In this document: piece after piece, positions 12,332 to 25,239 of the stretch
Layout: every line of letters starts with the position of its first letter
How positions within the stretch are numbered: position 1 is the stretch's first letter
Source of the DNA: Basidiobolus meristosporus CBS 931.73
Lineage: Eukaryota > Fungi > Basidiobolomycota
NCBI GenBank assembly: GCA_002104905.1
Contig: MCFE01000506.1
Location: 1-64,000 of the forward strand
Direction: 5' to 3'
Length of the DNA: 64,000 nucleotides
Position numbers and translations under genes: made by a program
Notes under the pieces: model-generated
What the model saw: only the letters and a program-made list of their open reading frames with translations
Told to the model about the DNA's origin: nothing
Database searches by the model: none

Positions 12332-14591
12332 CAGGAGCATTCTGTAGCAGTGTAGTACATAATGTTTGGTAAAAAGTGTTGATTTGATCTTCACTATAGG
12401 GGAATAATCATAGAATCATAGATGTGAAGAAACTTGCAAAGTTGGGGCTGCAAATAAGTCCTATATTGACCAAGACTAGTCTAGAACTGTAAAGTAAATT
12501 TATAGCTGCTGAATGATACCAAATAGTCCAATATTTCAACACTTCCCCTCAACTCAATACTTTCTTAATCCTAATTCCTCTCTGAGATTGCCAAATTGTG
12601 GTCTAGCTAGTAGTTTTGTCATTATATCTGCCAACATTTTGTCAGCTTGACCGTAAACCAACTCTACTAAGCTGTTTTCCACAGCTCCCCTTGCAAAGTG
12701 GTGTTGTATATCTATGTGGTTGGTTCTGGCATGATAAGTAGGACTCCTAGCAAATAAAATACATCTTTGATCATCTTTGTAATTACTGGTTGGTTCATCT
12801 GAACTAATGCCTAAGTCTTTGAATAACTTCTGTAGCAAAATAGTATCCTTAGTTGCTTGGGAAGCAGCCATGTATTCAGCTTCAGTTGTAGATAGGGCCA
12901 CAGTTGATTGTTTCTTGCAATTCCAAGTAATAGATGCACTAGCATAAAGAAATACCTATCCAGTGGTAGAGCTTCTGTCAATCAGATCTCTACCCCAATC
13001 TTAATCACTATAACCATCAAATATTTGCTTATTAGCTGCTCCAGAGTATTCCTGTACCATATTTATAGTATCTTGTAGATATCTGAAAATCTGCTTAACT
13101 ACTGTGATTTGATCTGATCCATAACTTTGCATGAGTTGACTGACTATTCTAGCTGCCACTGTAACATCGGAGCATGTAGACACCATCAAGTACATCAGGC
13201 TACCAACTCATGATTGATATGGAAGGTTTGGTCCATATGAGCCATTTTCACCTAAAACTGGCTGAGATTTGCTCAATGTTAGATTATTGTCTGTAGGGGT
13301 GGCTGCAGGCTTGCAATTTTGCATATTGAGGCATCTAAGAGTATCCCTGATGTACTTGGACCAATTCAGCACAATCTTTTGCGTAGCTATGTTAAAATTC
13401 ACCTCAATTCCACAAAAATAGCTCAATTTTCAAAGATCTTTCAACTCAATCTTGCTGAAGAGACCTCATTTTGTCCGTTTAGGTGCCTCCTGGTCCCTTG
13501 TAGCTATTATTTGGTTGTCCACATAAAGAACTAGGATGATGGTATTCTTTTTGAGCAGTTTCACATGAATAGTGTGATCTGCATTGTGACAAATAAACCC
13601 AATACAGCAATTTCCTGAGTCTGCTCACCTTATGGGGGCCTTTGGATTGGTAAACCTTCTAGTTGCTCCATGTATATAGTTTCTTGCAATTCCTCATTGA
13701 GATGGGCTGCTTTGATGTTCATTTGGTGTAGATCCAGATTGTGAGCAGCTGCCAGGGCTAGAACTGTCCAGAAGGAGTTAAACTTGGCAACTGGAGCAAA
13801 TGTTTGCTTAAAGTCTAGTCCCTTGATCTGGGAATAGCCTTTGGCCACCAATCAGCCTTGTATTTATCACCAGCACCATTTAAGATTATGATGATCTTGT
13901 AGACCCATCTCCATCCTATTGGCTTTCTTCCATTTGGTGAATCTACAAGTTCCCACAATTTGCTTTGATCAGTGATTGGTATTCCTCCTGCATGGCTTGT
14001 TGCCACATTGTAGCATCTGGACTTTGCATTGCCTGTTCCAGATTCTGAGGCTTAGCACATAAGGCAAGCTAAGCTTCTTCATGATCATTGGATGTCTGCC
14101 ACCAGGATTCAGGGGCATTTCTTATTCTGGCAGATCTCCTAACTGGGATAATCTGCTCTAATCTGGAGCTGGTAGAATTGTCTTCCATATCTGGCTGAAT
14201 TTGGTACATATCTTCTTCATTAGTGTGGATTGCGTAATCAGGCAGCTGGCCAATGATTTCTGTGGCTTTCTGATGAGCATTCTCCTCAAATACAACATCC
14301 CTACTCTTGATCAGCTTCTGAATTATGCCATTATATACTTTATACCCTTTAGTATCATTACAATACCCAAGAAAGATCCCTTTTCTACTCTTTGGTTCCA
14401 GCTTTTAGCATTTTTGGTCAGGGATGTGATACAAGCCACTGCTGCCAAAGATCATGAGGTGCTGGAGGTATGATTTTTTGCCTCTATATGCTTCAAAGAG
14501 TGTAGATTTACGTAGTGCTGATGTGGGCATCTAATCTTGATGTATATCATGGTAGAAACAGGTTCAGCCCTAAACCTGTAGTCCATTCACT
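12332..14591 (-). pseudogene. Older copy of Copia family 1 (end of IN, RT, RNase H, PPT, partial 3' LTR)
   Basis: Homologous to ~23110-25445. LTR start TGTTGAAATATT maps to 12541, PPT to 12542-12554. Confidence 0.92.
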
Positions 14592-15557
14592 TGTTACAAG
14601 TCTTGGTATAAGAGTTGTACAGGAATAGGGAGTGTAGCTAGTATTGTATTCACCAAAACGTAAACAATTACGTGGCAGATCATAACATTCTCCCCTACTA
14701 AAGTTGAGTGAGTTCTCCTAAATCTCTTTTCTTGTGATACAAATATCTTGATGGTTCAGTAGTATCAGTAAGTCTTGGAAGCTTGAGTCTGTCCCTATGC
14801 ACTAAGTCTTCCTGGATATTGCCTTGTTTGTTCACTAGTTGGTAAGTTGCATATGGACATTTTCTGATGATCTTGAATGGTCCTGTTCATTGTGGGTCAA
14901 ACTTCTTCCAAGTGTTGTTTCTTAGTAATACAAAGTTCCCAAGTATCAATGCTTCTGGTGCTATAGTCTTATCAAATATCTGCTTCATCATTTCTGCACT
15001 TTGAGATACTTTGGTCTGTGCCTCTTGGCATCTTTGTTCCAGTTGATGGTGTCTACTTGGCTGACTGAGCTCATCTTCTAAGGTGTCTGTAAGCTTTGGT
15101 TGTGTGAGATCTCCTAGAATCCTTAGTTCACATCCATACACTAAATAAAATGACAATTGTTGGATAGTGTTGTGTACTCTGACTCTGCCTGCAAAGAGTG
15201 CTTGGTCTATATACTCATCCCATTCACTGACAACTCCATCCACATACTTGGTCAGCATTTTTCCAAATAATCCATTGAACCGTTCAGTTACTCCATTAGT
15301 TCTGGGGAGATATGCCAAGGTTTTCAAGTGTTTGATCTGCTGCATTTCCTGGCAAGCTTCCAATGTCTTTGCCATAAAGTTTGCACCTCTATTGGATAAA
15401 ATCTTTACAGAGCATCCAAACTTCATAAGGATCTCATGGTAGATGAAACTTGCAACTTCTTGTTCACTGGCTATAGGTACAGCTTTAGCAACTGGCCATT
15501 TAGTGTCATGGTCAATTTCCACCAGGATCCAATGGTTGCATTTCCTGGTAGTTGGTT
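14592..15557 (-). pseudogene. Older copy of Gypsy family 1 (integrase, PPT, internally deleted 96-bp 3' LTR)
   Basis: ORF 14887-15579 is near-identical to the integrase at ~29790-30450. Segment 14592-14687 keeps both LTR ends. Confidence 0.92.
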
Positions 15558-17179
15558 TTGAATTCTCATTTAACAACACATCCCTGAACTTGATTAACTT
15601 TCTTGCTGTGGTATTTCAGAGTTGCTATGCTTTACTTTCATTGCAGTAGCCCAACAGTGTGCAGTCAACATTTTTTTGCTCAAGTTATAATAGATTTCTG
15701 GGCAGTGTCTTGGCATAGAGAGCACACCCAGATATTGTTAGTTGCTCTGCACTTGGTCTGTATCCATACCATGCTTCAAGTGTAGTGGAATCACAAAGTA
15801 TACTGTTATAACTCCTATGTCTGGGGTGTGCAGATGTGGCAACTGATTCCACTCAAAAATCACAGGATTATGTTTGATCATGGATCATGGATCTTGCCAT
15901 ATCAATTATTGATCTGTTTGCACATCCTGCTACTCCATTTTGCTTTGGGGAGTCTAGGACTGTAGTCTCTTGCTTCATCCCATGAATTTTGCAGAAGTGG
16001 AAGAAGGGTTTGGAGGTATATCCCCCACCTTTGTCAGAGTGTATTTTCTTGATTTTGTCACCAGTTTGTTGCTCCACCATAATTCTAAACTCCCTGAACT
16101 TAGATAGCTTTTTCCTTTCTCTCCATGAGGTAGACACATGTGTATTTTATATAGTCATTAGGAGAATGTTCAAATACTTCATTTCACTTAACAATTTATT
16201 TTCCATATGTCCACACAGATCTTAGTGCATTAGATATATTTTTTCTGAGTTTTGACTAACCCAGAGCTCTTGAACACTTGTTTGGTTTGCTTCACATACA
16301 TGCAGGCTACACAGTGTTCCAAATTAGCTGGGGGGTCAATTTTTACTGCAGAAATTAGCTAATCTTAACTCAATTTATTCAAATAATCAAAATTGATGTG
16401 TAGAGATCTCCTGTGCCAAAGCATTGGTGTTTCTTCATTTAAGATACTTATATTGGCTTCAAGATATGATGGAATACAAGTCACCTTACACAGATTCTTA
16501 TCCCTGATACCTGAAGTAAAAAAGCTGAACATGACTAACAGGTGTCTTTTAATGCCTCCAAGCATTCTTTGCCCTTTTTGCTCTTGGGTATTGAATTAGC
16601 AATTTCCTTTGACATCAAGGCAAATGCAGTTGAAGGCACTTTATTCTTTCTTTTTGCTCTTTAAGAATTCCTTTTCCATGCTTTGAAGAGGGCATTCTTC
16701 TCCTTTCTTGTAGTAGCATCTTCATCTTCCTCTTCCATATTTGGTAATTTGATCCATCCAACAGCATAGGGAAAGTTCCAGTACTAACAGTAGTAGACAT
16801 CGTAGAGAGTGAAAGCTTGGGGCTTGTAATCTGTTGTAAAAGTCTTGGAGATATTGGAAGCAATTGGGAGAAGAAGTAGATTATGCAATTTTTGCCTAAT
16901 GATTTTTTGAATGTAAAAGTAGTATTGATACTTTTATATGGTCTTGGCATAGCAATCACATGGAATAGGCTTAGAAAGGTCCCAAAAACATGTGTGCAAA
17001 GCTTGAGGCTGTTTTAATGACTTTGAGAGTTTTCATGTTCCAAGTTCCTGATATTATGGTGAATATTTCCCAAGTAAATCCCAACAAGGATTTTGGTCAG
17101 TATTCTCTGAGATTTGAGGATAACAATTAAGTGACTAAGTAAGGTAATTATTTAGGTGAAATTACAAATTTTTACAACA
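15558..17179 (-). mobile_element. Copia family C 5' part (5' LTR 16832-17179, PBS, gag and integrase fragments)
   Basis: LTR matches the solo LTR at 10303; degenerate PBS GATTACAAGCCCC; LDGSNYQIWK..MKMLL; WHRR; QNGVA..NRSIIDMARSM. Confidence 0.88.
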
Positions 17180-18010
17180 AGAACATCATCTTTCTGCAGA
17201 GAGAACATACAAGAGTCAGCATACAATTGCAGGAAAGCTGGCAAGCTATACATCATTGGCAGTATGTGGAATTAATTAGAAACTAGAGATACTTAAGATA
17301 GAGGGTAGCCGTTGGAGCAAAAGCTTTCCACTGGGAGCAATGCATGTACTCATCAATAATATCCGTGTACTGACAACCAAGTTGTTCATGGAGAATTGGA
17401 AGCTAAATGTGCTGTTGGAGATACTGGAGAAGTATGATGCTTCTGTGTCCATTTGCTACTCCATGTTGCTTGGTGTGTTGGGAATATTGGACCTTACTAC
17501 ACCTTTTGGGAGTTTCCTATGGTAAAGGTATGTGGGGAGAGAGGGAGACAAGTCAAACCACAAGTATTACCATATCCCATCTTGCTTGATGTGTTGAGAA
17601 TAGTGGGCCTAGCTTCACCTTTTGGGAGTTTCCTATGAAACCAAAATGTGGGGAGATACAAAGACTAGTCAAGTTGCAAGCACCACCATATCCTAATCTC
17701 ATCAAGAATATTACCTTTGGGTACAACAGGGATGTGATTAGTTGGTAAATGCAACAGACTGGAAGAGTTGCAAATACTGAGGGCAGACTCTTGATTTCAG
17801 CTATATGTGGAATACCCAGGGTAGTAGTGGGTAAGCAAAATAAGAGGGGTTATTCTACAGTGAAATATTTGATTGTGCAAGGAGAGGTAGAAAAAGGAAA
17901 CTCCATTTGGTAAACTGGTGCACTTGCATTATACAGAGCTAGCTGTAGGCCACCATACCGTTGTAATAATGCCATGACAGGCTTACAATGAGGCTGTCAA
18001 AAGACCATCA
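17180..18010 (+). pseudogene. Family A transposase 3' fragment
   Basis: Homologous to ~52440-53950 with deletions; FWEFPM..CGE motif is duplicated. Confidence 0.8.
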
Positions 18011-21000
18011 AGTTTTTGTCCAAGCTTTGAAGAGAAGTAGTCATATTTTCAAACACAAAACTAGGCAAACTAGCCTTTGTACCTGGATTAGTCAAAACCC
18101 TACCCACTAGTATCATAAAAATTGAGACAAGAGATTTGAAAGAAAAGCATTGGTAGAAAACCAGCAAAATACCATTAGGATCCTTGCAGAAATCTAGCTG
18201 AAAGTTTGGCAAAATTTACCTTTCAGAGCTTTGACAAGGCAAATGCTTAAAGTCCTTGATACTTCATTACAAGTTGACCCCAAGATATTTGATTTGCCAC
18301 CTGTTAGTTAGGACTTCCATGCTCCATTTTCAGGTCTTGCCTCTTAGATATATCAACTACCACCCCTGTGGAAGTAACCTTGAGAATGAAATCAGAAGTC
18401 TTTACAAACATCCTTGCAACAATCAAGAGTCAATATCATTATGTCACTGTGCAAAAGCCATCACAATAGAGTTGCCCTCTCCATATGAAAAACAATTTGG
18501 TCCCACAGGTGGATCCAATCCAAATCAGCCATCAAGATCCTATCAAGAGGCCACTATAATACTAGCAGCTTGGGATTAATGACCATCTACACAATCTTGT
18601 GACATGATTACAACAGCATTTTGCTAATTTTAAAACTAAATAAAGTTGATAAAATATGACAGGGTTTGTATGGTGTTTTGCCAAGGGTAACATGGCATTG
18701 TTACAGTCTTAGTGCGCTTAACAACTGTTGAGTGGATCTAACAGGTTGGTACATGCAATTGCCATTTATGGCAAACAACTTAACAGTGTTTTAATGGGCT
18801 CCTTGCAAGCCTGTGAAGGTATTAATACAGCATTATAGCAGCCTACAGCTAGTACTGTATAATTCTACTGTACCAATTTACCAAAAGGTGTCACTCCCAA
18901 TGCTTCCAATGTACTGTTAATATAAATGGCTTCAGAAGGCCACTTGAATAAACACATATCCAGTTTATCCAGTCCTTGCACTTCAATTGTTGCAAATGCA
19001 TATGAATATTGATTGCAGCCCAAGAGAAGTACTAAGGGTAGCAAATACTATGTAATATCTTGCAAATTCTTTCAAATTTCTCTGGTATCTCATAGGGCTT
19101 GTTTAGCTTTAAATGCCCCATATACATCTTGGTCATCAGTAAAAGGATATTGTTGAAAAGCAAATGCATAGCTCCCAGTGAAAAGCTTCTTCTCCAGCAG
19201 ATGCCCGCAGTCTTAACTATCTCTGGCTTCCAATTAAATCCATATTTGGGCCAGTTGTGTATAGCTTGCCAGCTTTCCTGCAATTGCATGCTGACTTCTG
19301 TATATTCTCTTGGTGGAAAGATGATTTTCTTGGTGTTGGTGTTTAGGTAATTATAATGTGTGTGAGTTATGGAGTAAACCCCCTGGATCTCACACATTCA
19401 ATGGCAATATCATGTATTGTGCCCAGAAAAGCCAGCTCTCTTGCTGATGGCTGGGGTGCCTCCAATGCAGATATATTTTGTGCGTTTACATGGTAGCTAT
19501 TGACTTTTGTCCTGCTAAAAAGCAGACAAAACTTGTTCAATACTGGATACCGTTAGCTCTCCAGGTTGGATAGTAATTTAGGACCAGAGATCAGTGAGAC
19601 TGCCATCAGATTTTTGCTGATACCAAAAGATAGGTAACAGATTCAGGTATGCAATGTTTGCCATTATATAGAGCTTGATTGATACTGAGTTTGGAACTTT
19701 ATGGCTTCACAATATTTATTGGACTGCATGAGCTTCTTTATACAGGTATTACTGGAATATATCAAGAGTGTGAGCAATGTGCTCCCCCAAAGGTTATGGA
19801 ATCCTGACAAGTTGCACACCTTGCAATACTGGCATTTTCTGATGTGAATGCCAAGTAAGTACAAGCAATTGCTGGTAACAGGATAATCTCTGAGTCATAT
19901 GCTGCCAGCGGCATGACAGCTTTCCATTTATAACATGTACATGGTAAGTTGCATCCTGGGATGATCTTGGCAAGAAGTAGTAGTAAATTCTTAAAGCCCC
20001 CATTGCTGCTATTAGTGGAAATGCACCACTTCTCTAGCCAAAACATCACATCATTCACCAATAGTTGGATTACTGGGCTCACTTGACTCTATAAAGCATT
20101 CTTGGCATTATTTTCTTCAGGTGTTGTCTCATTGCAGGATTGAATATTACTGGGATCATGCAGAGTACATTTGTTAGGGATGATAGGCTCACAATCCATC
20201 AGTGAGCCTGCTTCTTCAACGTTATCACATTGCATGCCATAATCAGAAAGCTGGGGTGTGCCTAAAGTTGTCACAAACTCTCTGGACTCAGTTAGCGTAA
20301 GGTGACAAGTATGGCCAGATGCTGTTATAGTAGTATCTAGTGGCTGGCAAGATAGCATTGGTACAGTATTTTTTTTGGGCCTGCATTGGTATGCTAAGAA
20401 AGTCTTGCAAGAATAGTAGTAACTATCAAAGGTAGAAGTACAAGCAAGCAATAGCTAGAAACCAGTGGCCTCTTCAAGTGCCCATCACAAGCAAGACCAA
20501 AAGCTGCAAATGATTGTTGAAGAGACATCAGGTAGCTGCAAGAGTGCTAATAAGGGAAAAGTAGGCAGATTCACATGCACCAGCACAACATTATCAAGGA
20601 AAAAGTGTGGTCCTATTTAGGAAGAACTTGGTCAAAGTAGCAGTGAAGGACCTGGTAGTGATAAAAGCAAGTGGCTACCCCACAAGCCAATCACAGCATG
20701 GGCTGAGAGCTTGAAACCAGCAGGATAGAGGTGTAAGGTTGCCTGCAGAGAGCCAGCAAGGAACAAGCAGGCCAAAAGAGATGCATCAGAGCAGTATTTA
20801 TTAAGAAGAAAATGTAATTCAACACAAGAAGTACTCAGACAAAGTAGCAGTGAAAGACCTGGCATTGACAAAGAAAAAGGTAAAGGGGAAAAAGTTTACC
20901 CAACCCAGAGACAGGGATGTTGAAATATTGGACTATTTGGTATCATTCAGCAGCTAAAAATTTACTTAACAATTCTAGGCTAGTCTTAGTCACTGTAGGA

Positions 21001-21286
21001 CTCATTTACTGCCTTAACTTTGCCACTTTCTCCAGATATATGATCTTATGATTATTCCCCTATAGTCAGGATCAAATTAGCACTATTACCAAACATTATG
21101 TACTAACCCTGAAACTGTTACAGAATGCTCCTGAATATTGAGAAACCCTCCCTACTTAGTGTTGCAGCTGTATTACTTCTACAAAGGTATAAATACTGAG
21201 CTTCTTTATGAATAAACAACAGTTCAACTATTATCACTATTTCTTGATAAGTTCCTTATATCCAAATCACTTCTTAAATTGCAACA

Positions 21287-21300
21287 GGTTATGAGCCCCA
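21287..21300 (+). promoter_or_regulatory. Primer-binding site complementary to the anticodon arm of initiator tRNA-Met
   Basis: GGTTATGAGCCC directly abuts the 5' LTR and is the reverse complement of GGGCUCAUAACC of fungal tRNAi-Met. Confidence 0.85.
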
Positions 21301-21322
21301 ATTGCCTTAATCTATTCTAAAG

Positions 21323-24300
21323 ATGACTTCTACCAGCAAACAAAGCAATAACAACATCTTCCCTGTAAAGGAGAGGTTTGATGGGAAGAACTACAGACTT
21401 TGGAGAATCAAGATGCAGATCCACCTTGAGGAAAGAAAGCTTTGGAATATAGTAACAGGAAAGGAAGTTGAGCCCAAAGGAACAGCAGAAGATATGGAGA
21501 AGTTTCAAGAGAAGGAGAGAAAGGCCTTCAATGCAATATGCATCAATGTGCAAGACTCCTTCATTGGACAAATCCATGCCTCAAATACTGCCAAAGCAGC
21601 ATGGGAATCCTTAGAGAAGATCTTTAGAGCAAAGTCAGTATCAAGCAAGCTTTATTCGAAACAAAAGTTCTTCAAAATGAGAAAAAAGCCAGATGATGAC
21701 ATGCTACAACTCATTACCAGAATGGAGACACTTGCAGAAGAACTTTACAGTATTAATGCTCGTGTAGATGATGAAGAAAAGATACTCTGTCTGCTTTGCA
21801 GCCTACCAGACAAGTATGAGCCACTCATACTTTCTTTTGAAAGCAGAGAAGACAACTTGACTTTAGACTATGTCAAAGGAAGACTTCTCCATGAAGAACT
21901 CAGACGTAATGACCAAGCAGAGAAAATTGAAGATAATGCTTTATACAGTTCAGAAAGGCATACAGAAAAGAAGGGAAAGCAACAAAACCGAAGAAAACCT
22001 GGCTGCTGTAACTACTGTAAGAAGCCAGGACACTGGGCAAGAGAATGCAAGAAGAAACAAGCAGACAAAAAACAGAAACTAGAGCAGGCAAACCATATAA
22101 CTACTGATGAACAGGTATTTGTCAGTGTACAAGAGAGTGCAAGTAACCAAAGTAATGAATGGTATATTGACTCTGGAGCATCACAGCATATTTGTGGTAT
22201 AAAGGATTGGTTCAGCAACTTGAAAACTATTCCCGTAAGAAAGGTTTATCTGGGAGATAAATCTGCATTGGAAGCTACCACCAGTGGGTCTATACAACTA
22301 AATATGAGTGATAACTCAGGGGCAACAACAGCAAAACTGACTGACGTACTCTATGTACCTGGAATAGCTAAGAACCTACTCTCAGTCAGTAAAGCAACTA
22401 CTCAGGGACTGAAATTCGTTTTTACTAAGCTGAGCTGCTCAATATTGAGTGAAAATGGACAAAAATTAGCTTCGGGAATCAGAGATCACAATATATACAA
22501 GTTACAATGCAAGATCATTGTACCTGAGTATGTCAACATTGCTGAAACTGATGAAACCAACTGGGAGACATGGCATAGGAGGCTAGGACACATAGGGGAA
22601 CAGAAAATGAGCCAATTGGTGAAAAATCAGCTTGTTTTGGGCCTAAAATACTCAATTCCAATCAAATTGAATGTTTGTAAGGGATGTTCATATGGCAAAC
22701 AAGCTAGGCAACGTTTCAAGAGCTCAGAAGGCATCAATACCACTAAAATATTGGCTATTGTACACTCAGACATATGTGGCCCCATGAGAACACTGTCCTT
22801 TGGAGCCAAGAGATACTTTATGACGTTTATTGATGACAAGACAAGATATACATGGGTGTACTTCCTCAAAACAAAGGATGAAGCTTTAGAGACATTTAGG
22901 CACTTCAAGAACATGGCAGAAACACAAACTGGGTGTAAATTGAAGGTACTACAAAGTGACAATGGAGGAGAATACTGCTCAAAGGAGTTTGCAAAATACT
23001 GCTTGTCTACTGGTATACTTCAACAGACCACAGTTCCTCATACTCCACAGCAAAATGGAGTAGCAGAACGTGCAAATAAAACAATAGTAGAGATGGGAAG
23101 ATCTATGCTACATGATAAGGGAATGGAATACAAGTTTTGGGCTGAATCTGTTGCTACCGCTGTATACATCAAACACAGATGCCCAACAACAGCACTACGT
23201 GATTCTGCACCCTTTGAAGCATATACAGGCAAAAAACCAGATCTCTAGCACCTCAGGATCTTTGGCAGTGATGTTTTTTATCACATCCCTGACAAAAAAT
23301 GCTCAAAGTTGGAACCAAAGAGTAGAAAAGGGATCTTTCTTGGGTATTGTGAAGATACTAAAGGGTAAAGAGTGTATGATGGCAAAATTCAGAAGCTGAT
23401 CAAGAGCAGGGACGTTGTATTTGAGGAGAATTCAGATCAGAAAGCCACTGAAATCATTGGCCAGCTGCCTGATGATGCAATCAACACAAATGAAGAAGAT
23501 ACGTACCAAATCCAGCCAGAGATGGAAGATACTTCTACCAGTTCCAGATCAGAACAGATTATCCCAGTTAGGAGATCTACCAGAATAAGAAATGCCCCTG
23601 GATCCTGGTGGCAGACATCCAATGATCATGAAGAAGCTTATCTTGCCTTATGTGCCAAACCTCAGAATCTGGAACAGGCAATGCAAGGTCCAGATGCTAC
23701 TAAGTGGCAACAAGCCATGCAGGAGGAGTACCAATCACTGATCAAGGCAAAAACGTGGGAACTGGTAGATTTACCAAATGGGCGAAAGCCAATAGGATGT
23801 AGATGGGTCTACAAGATCAAGATAACCTCAAATGGTGCCGTTGATAAGTACAAGGCTAGATTGGTAGCTAAAGGCTATTCCCAGATCCAGGGACTAGACT
23901 TTAAGGAAACATTTGCTCTGGTTGCCAAGTTTAACTCTATTAGGACAGTTCTAGCCCTGGCAGCTGTACACAGTCTAGATCTACACCAAATGGATGTCAA
24001 AACAGCCTTTCTAAATGGGGATTTGCAAGAAACTATATATATGGAGCAACCAGAAGGTTTACCGATCCAAAAAGCCCCCATAAGGTGTGCAAACTTAGAA
24101 AATCGTTGTATGGGCTTAAGCAGGCACCCAGAGCATGGTATAACAAGATTGACACATATCTAGAGGAAATTGGGTTCTCTTGTAGCACTGCAGATCACAG
24201 TATATATGTGAAACAGCTCAAAAAGGGTGTGATCATCCTAGTTCTTTATGTGGACGACCTAATTATAGCTACAAGTGATCAAGAGGCACTTAAACAGACG

Positions 24301-25239
24301 AAATCAGATCTCTTTGGCAAGTTTGAGATGAAGGATCTTGGAAAATTGAGCTATTTTCTTGGAATTGAGGTCAAATTTGACATACCTACGCAGAAAATTG
24401 TGCTGAATCAGTCTAAGTACATCAGGGACATTCTTAGACGCTTCAAAATGGAAAATTGCAAACCTGCAGCAACCCCTATGGACAATAACCTGAAATTAAG
24501 CAAATCTCAGCCAGTTATAGAAGAAAACGGCTCAAATATGGACCAAAACTTTCCCTATCAATCAATGGTTGGTAGCCTAATGTACTTGATGGTGTCTACA
24601 CGTCCAGATATTGCAGTAGCAGTTGGAATAGTCAGTCAATTCATGCAGAATTATGGATCGGATCAAATTGCAGCAGTTAAGCGGATTTTCAGATATCTAC
24701 AAGGTACCATATATATGGTACTGGAATACTCTGGAGCAGCTAATAGTCAAAAATTTGATGGTTATAGTGATTCAGATTGGGGTAGGGATTTGATTGACAG
24801 ACGCTCTACCACAGGCTATGTATTTCTTTATGCTGGTGCAGCTATTACTTGGAATTGCAAGAAACAACCAACTGTGGCACTATCTACAACTGAAGCCAAA
24901 TATATGGCTGCATGTCAAGCAACTAAGGAGGCTATATGGCTACAAAAATTATTCAAAGACTTAGGTTTTAATTCAGGTGAACCAACATGTATTTACAATA
25001 ATAATCAAAGTCGTATTTCATTAGCTAGAAATCCTACTAATCATGCCAGAACTAAGCACATTGATATACAGCATCACTTTGTGAGGGAAGCTGTAGAAAA
25101 TAACTTAGTAGAGCTGGTTTACTGCCCAACTGACAAAATGGTGGCAGACATATTGACAAAACCACTAGCTAGGCCACAGTTTGAGATCCTTAGAGAGAAA
25201 TTGGGATTAAGAAATTATTTAGTTGAGGGGGAGTGTTGA
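21323..25239 (+). pseudogene. Copia gag-PR-IN-RT-RH polyprotein with 2 stops and 1 frameshift
   Basis: FDGKNY, CNYCKKPGHWAREC, IDSGAS, WHRRLGH, HSDICGP/DNGGEY/NGVAER, YVDDL, KHIDIQHHF. TAG at 23246, TAA at 23366, frameshift near 24060. Confidence 0.96.

Noticed and set aside
18010-18480. Unassigned segment between two family A pieces; one frame has KSEVF, faintly Copia-integrase-like
   Set aside because: Too degenerate to assign by eye.
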